Of a stretch of 64,000 nt of DNA, positions 61,145 to 64,000 are shown piece by piece (the stretch's first letter is position 1; every line of letters begins with the position of its first letter). The stretch spans positions 2,528,001 to 2,592,000 of the forward strand of contig OZ254086.1 of NCBI GenBank assembly GCA_965267575.1, given 5' to 3'. The stretch is from Calditrichales bacterium. Lineage in GTDB: Bacteria; Calditrichota; Calditrichia; Calditrichales; J004. Made by a program: the position numbers and the translations under genes. The notes under the pieces are model-generated. The model was not told the origin of the DNA. It searched no databases and was given only the letters and a program-made list of their open reading frames with translations.

Positions 61145-61247
61145 GGCTGAAATCAGCCGCTTAAATGGCCGAAATCAACCACTCGTAAGATGCAGAAAAC
61201 GTAAGTTCAATAAAAACAATACTTAAAGTTTTGGCATATTGTTTGCC
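61145..61247 (+). promoter_or_regulatory. Unit E enhancer pair and sigma54 promoter
   Basis: GGCTGAAATCAGCC (61145), GGCCGAAATCAACC (61167), TAAGTTCAATAAAAACAA, TGGCAT-ATTGT-TTGC (61232). Confidence 0.85.
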
Positions 61248-61299
61248 AATTATAAACTATAAGAAATCAAAAATAAATAATTCATACAAGGAGGTTAAT

Positions 61300-62427
61300 A
61301 TGTTTAAGAGAATTAGTGTGCTTCTGATCGGACTAATGTTTGTGGCAGCTTGCCAGCAATCGCCGGTTGATATGCCCGCAAATTCCAATAAAATGGACCA
61401 GGCGCCGCAAACACTGCAAACGGACATCGGTAAAGTAAAGCTGGTAAAACATGAGCTTTACAAAATGAAAGCATTGTATAAGGGCGAGCTTGCCGATACC
61501 TTTTTCTTTAATGAAAAATACATCGAAGAAGACAAGAAAAAGAAAATTGAGATTGGCGACGGCGACTATGGCAAAAGCTTTGTTGAGTTTAGAAAATGGG
61601 CGCTCTCGGAATCGAGGGTTATGCAATTTGGCTATGCCGCGGATTCCACGGTGCGCTGCTGGGTAGGTGCTGCGGACATGGCCGACGGCACCCGTCTGAA
61701 CCGCAAATTCAAGCTGCGCATTTCTTTCAAGTCAGCTAATCTTGAAGGCATCAACTTAAACGATCTGCGCGTTTTCCGCTATGATCCGGTGGCGGACATC
61801 TGGATTCTCGTTGGCGGTCATGCACATAAAAAGAAGCAATATATTACGGTTAACAGCAGGTATACGGGTTATTACCTGATCGCAGATTGCCAGGGCAATA
61901 CCATCGGCCATGAGGACCGTCTGGCAGGCAGCGGCGCCGAGCTGGAAGACCAGGATTTAATACCGGTAAACCTGAATCAGATTTCATATAAAGAATCCTT
62001 TGTAAGTACATTCAACTATATCACTTTTGATAAAGGCGGTGACCTTAAGATTCACTACAAGGCCGAAGACGGTTCCGGTATTGAGTGCAAGGCAGAACTT
62101 AAGATAGACAAAGAGACGATCAGCATTGACTCCGAGCTGGAGATGAATATAGACAAGAACGCCCTGATCGGTAACGTAGACGTCACCTTCCATCCGCACG
62201 GCACCACTTTCAGCAGTCCGGCCCTGTTAACTGTCGAAGCCAGGAATATTGATCTTTCCGGTTGGGATCTGGAGCGCATCGCGCTTTACTATGATAACCC
62301 GGAAACTGGCGAATGGGAAAAGATGAACGTGAAAGAAGTTAAGATAAAGCCGGATGAGGGGTATGTAAAAATTGTAGAAGCGGAGCTACCGCACTTTTCA
62401 CGCTACGCAATGGCTTACGGCTGGTAA
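61300..62427 (+). CDS. Two-domain ZU5-like lipoprotein, tail HFSRYAMAYGW
   Basis: AAGGAGG RBS, ATG 61300; lipobox VAAC; GGDL, FHPHGTTFSSPA, YYDNPETGEWE, HFS. Confidence 0.85.
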   Translation: MFKRISVLLIGLMFVAACQQSPVDMPANSNKMDQAPQTLQTDIGKVKLVKHELYKMKALYKGELADTFFFNEKYIEEDKKKKIEIGDGDYGKSFVEFRKWALSESRVMQFGYAADSTVRCWVGAADMADGTRLNRKFKLRISFKSANLEGINLNDLRVFRYDPVADIWILVGGHAHKKKQYITVNSRYTGYYLIADCQGNTIGHEDRLAGSGAELEDQDLIPVNLNQISYKESFVSTFNYITFDKGGDLKIHYKAEDGSGIECKAELKIDKETISIDSELEMNIDKNALIGNVDVTFHPHGTTFSSPALLTVEARNIDLSGWDLERIALYYDNPETGEWEKMNVKEVKIKPDEGYVKIVEAELPHFSRYAMAYGW

Positions 62428-62452
62428 GTTTCACAAAAGAAATATAACTATG

Positions 62453-62484
62453 AAAAACGCGGTCACCGGACCGCGTTTTTTTTT
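62453..62484 (+). terminator. Terminator of unit E
   Basis: AAAAACGCGGTCACCGGACCGCGTTTTTTTTT. Confidence 0.9.
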
Positions 62485-62568
62485 GTTCAAAAATCAGCAG
62501 CCTTAAAAAAATACTTCAGGATTGAAATCAGCATGACGAAATAACAAAAACGGCAAAGAGGAAAAAGA

Positions 62569-64000
62569 ATGACGAGCAACCAGCTTCCGTTAGTAGTATA
62601 CTTCAAGCGCCCCAAAGAAGAAAAGCTTCTCGAAGAGTATCTGGAAGAGGCCATTCAGGGAAGGGGTGCGTTTGTCGTAGTAAACGGCGAAGCCCGCAGC
62701 GGAAAAAACAGTTTTGTAAACCATGTCCTGTCATCAGCGCTTAAAGAACGTGCTTCCCGTTATCACGTCTACTTTAACGATGACAACCAGTTTGATCCTT
62801 ACCGGCCGTTCTGGCAAATGGTTGAAAGGATTTCTTCGGGCAGCAGCGATTTTCAGCGCGTCCATAAAAGCCTTAAAACATTTTTCAATGATAGTGAAAA
62901 CGGTAGCGCTGATTTTTCCAGTGAATCGCGTTACGCTCTGCAAAAAGAGCACAGCCTGATACAGCAGCAACTGGCGCAGCTGTTATGGGAGACCGCAAAG
63001 ATCCGTCCGCTCGTCATTGAGCTGCACGACTGTTTTAACGCCTCTCTTTCAGCCTGGCGATTTATTCATTACCTCTGCGAAAAAATTGCGGATCAACGCG
63101 TATTGATGGTTGCGACGCTGAGGCAGGATGGCAAGGAAGTTCGCCATGATAAGGTGCCGCTTTACACAGATGTTCTTCAGCGCATGAATCGCGAAGGCAT
63201 CTATCAGAAAATCCAGCTTTCGCCGTTCAGCTATGAAGAATTCCGCCGCGGCATCTACGAGAACCTGAAGGCAACGGACTTTAGCAGCGGCTTTTTACCG
63301 ATGTTTTTTGAGCTTTCCGGCGGCATGCCCGGAACGATTTACCGTTACCTGAAGCTGTTTATTCAACAGAACTATATCTATTGTAAAAACGGCGTGTGGT
63401 TCAATAAAGAGGGCATATCGAGTGATGAAGTCATCAGCGATGTTACACGCGACGACGAGGTGGATTCTGCCGCCAAAGTGCTGGACAGGCTTAATGAGCG
63501 ACAGCGTAAACTGATCAAATATGCTGCTTTTCTGCCCACCAAATTCAGTCCGGCCATTTGCGCAATCGTAACAGGCGAAAAACGACTTCAGCTTATTAAA
63601 AATTTAACCGAACTCGAAAAAAATAAACTGCTGCGCAGTACGGAACAGGGCAGCTATTACTTCCGGAGCCCGGAGTTGCGGGTTTCGCTGGTAAACCTTT
63701 TAGATGACAGGGAACGCTCGGAAGTACATGAAACAATTGCCCGTCGCCTGGAAGCGGACAGCAGCACAGCAGCCGGCGTTTACATGCTGGCTTACCATTA
63801 CCGCCATGCCGGGAACCGTGACAAGGGTCTTCATTACGCGTTAAAGGCAGGCCATCTGGCCATGCGCCATTTTGCTTTCCACGAAGCCCGGGAGTTTTTT
63901 GAGCAGGTGTACAATGAGCAAAAGGATATCGCCGTTTGCGATGCGATGGAGCTTACATCGAGCCTGGCCTGGCTTAACCGCGTGCTGGGCGAATACGAAT
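62569..64000 (+). CDS. STAND-class (AAA_16-like) ATPase with TPR region, degenerate Walker motifs, runs off the window end
   Basis: My translation: VVVNGEARSGKNS, PYRPF, PLVIELHDC, LMVATLRQD, SGGMP, LAYHYRHAG...ALKAGHLAMRHFAFHEA; no stop before 64000. Confidence 0.85.
   Translation, partial: MTSNQLPLVVYFKRPKEEKLLEEYLEEAIQGRGAFVVVNGEARSGKNSFVNHVLSSALKERASRYHVYFNDDNQFDPYRPFWQMVERISSGSSDFQRVHKSLKTFFNDSENGSADFSSESRYALQKEHSLIQQQLAQLLWETAKIRPLVIELHDCFNASLSAWRFIHYLCEKIADQRVLMVATLRQDGKEVRHDKVPLYTDVLQRMNREGIYQKIQLSPFSYEEFRRGIYENLKATDFSSGFLPMFFELSGGMPGTIYRYLKLFIQQNYIYCKNGVWFNKEGISSDEVISDVTRDDEVDSAAKVLDRLNERQRKLIKYAAFLPTKFSPAICAIVTGEKRLQLIKNLTELEKNKLLRSTEQGSYYFRSPELRVSLVNLLDDRERSEVHETIARRLEADSSTAAGVYMLAYHYRHAGNRDKGLHYALKAGHLAMRHFAFHEAREFFEQVYNEQKDIAVCDAMELTSSLAWLNRVLGEYE

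Noticed and set aside
55100..62500. Regularly recurring intergenic motifs and gene-end sequences as a CRISPR array, integron cassettes or DGR variable regions
   Set aside because: Spacing is gene-sized, the repeats fit promoter and terminator elements, tail variation is synonymous rather than adenine-specific, and no cas, integrase or reverse transcriptase gene is in the window.
62926..62940. SRYAL inside the STAND protein resembling the released peptide start SRYA
   Set aside because: A four-residue match without the HF context or the rest of the tail; plausibly chance unless conserved in orthologues.

Overview
Bacterial chromosomal window, probably from an FCB-group organism such as Calditrichota/KSB1. 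This is inferred from the many secreted proteins ending in an NYPNPFNP-type FlgD/T9SS-like sorting domain and from the clade II nos genes. Contents in order: (1) GNAT and DUF488 genes. (2) A 17-gene minus-strand operon for an Mrp-antiporter-linked group 4 [NiFe]-hydrogenase, headed by sulfhydrogenase beta/gamma-like NAD(P)H subunits. (3) A GWxTD protein and metH. (4) An accessory region of secreted sorting-domain proteins with an IS1595 remnant, two single-base frameshifts and a duplicated sorting-domain cassette. (5) A CHRD-repeat protein, beta-CASP nuclease, ECF sigma/anti-sigma pair and DUF309. (6) An AT-rich four-gene island. (7) A copper-uptake plus clade II nosZ cluster with an Rrf2 regulator. 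(8) An aldo-keto reductase and argBCJ. The most striking region is 55.1-64 kb. Five repeated sigma54-type transcription units, each with tandem palindromic enhancer sites, encode eight divergent lipoproteins with ZU5-like domains. All eight end in an HF|S autoproteolysis-type motif followed by one of two near-invariant 9-residue tails (SRYAIGTEY or SRYAMAYGW). Two unannotated 44-codon ORFs carry only such tails, and a degenerate STAND ATPase-TPR gene follows. I interpret this, as a hypothesis, as an undescribed autoproteolytic peptide-release/signalling system. No rRNA, tRNA or CRISPR array was seen. All family calls come from motif recognition, not database searches.
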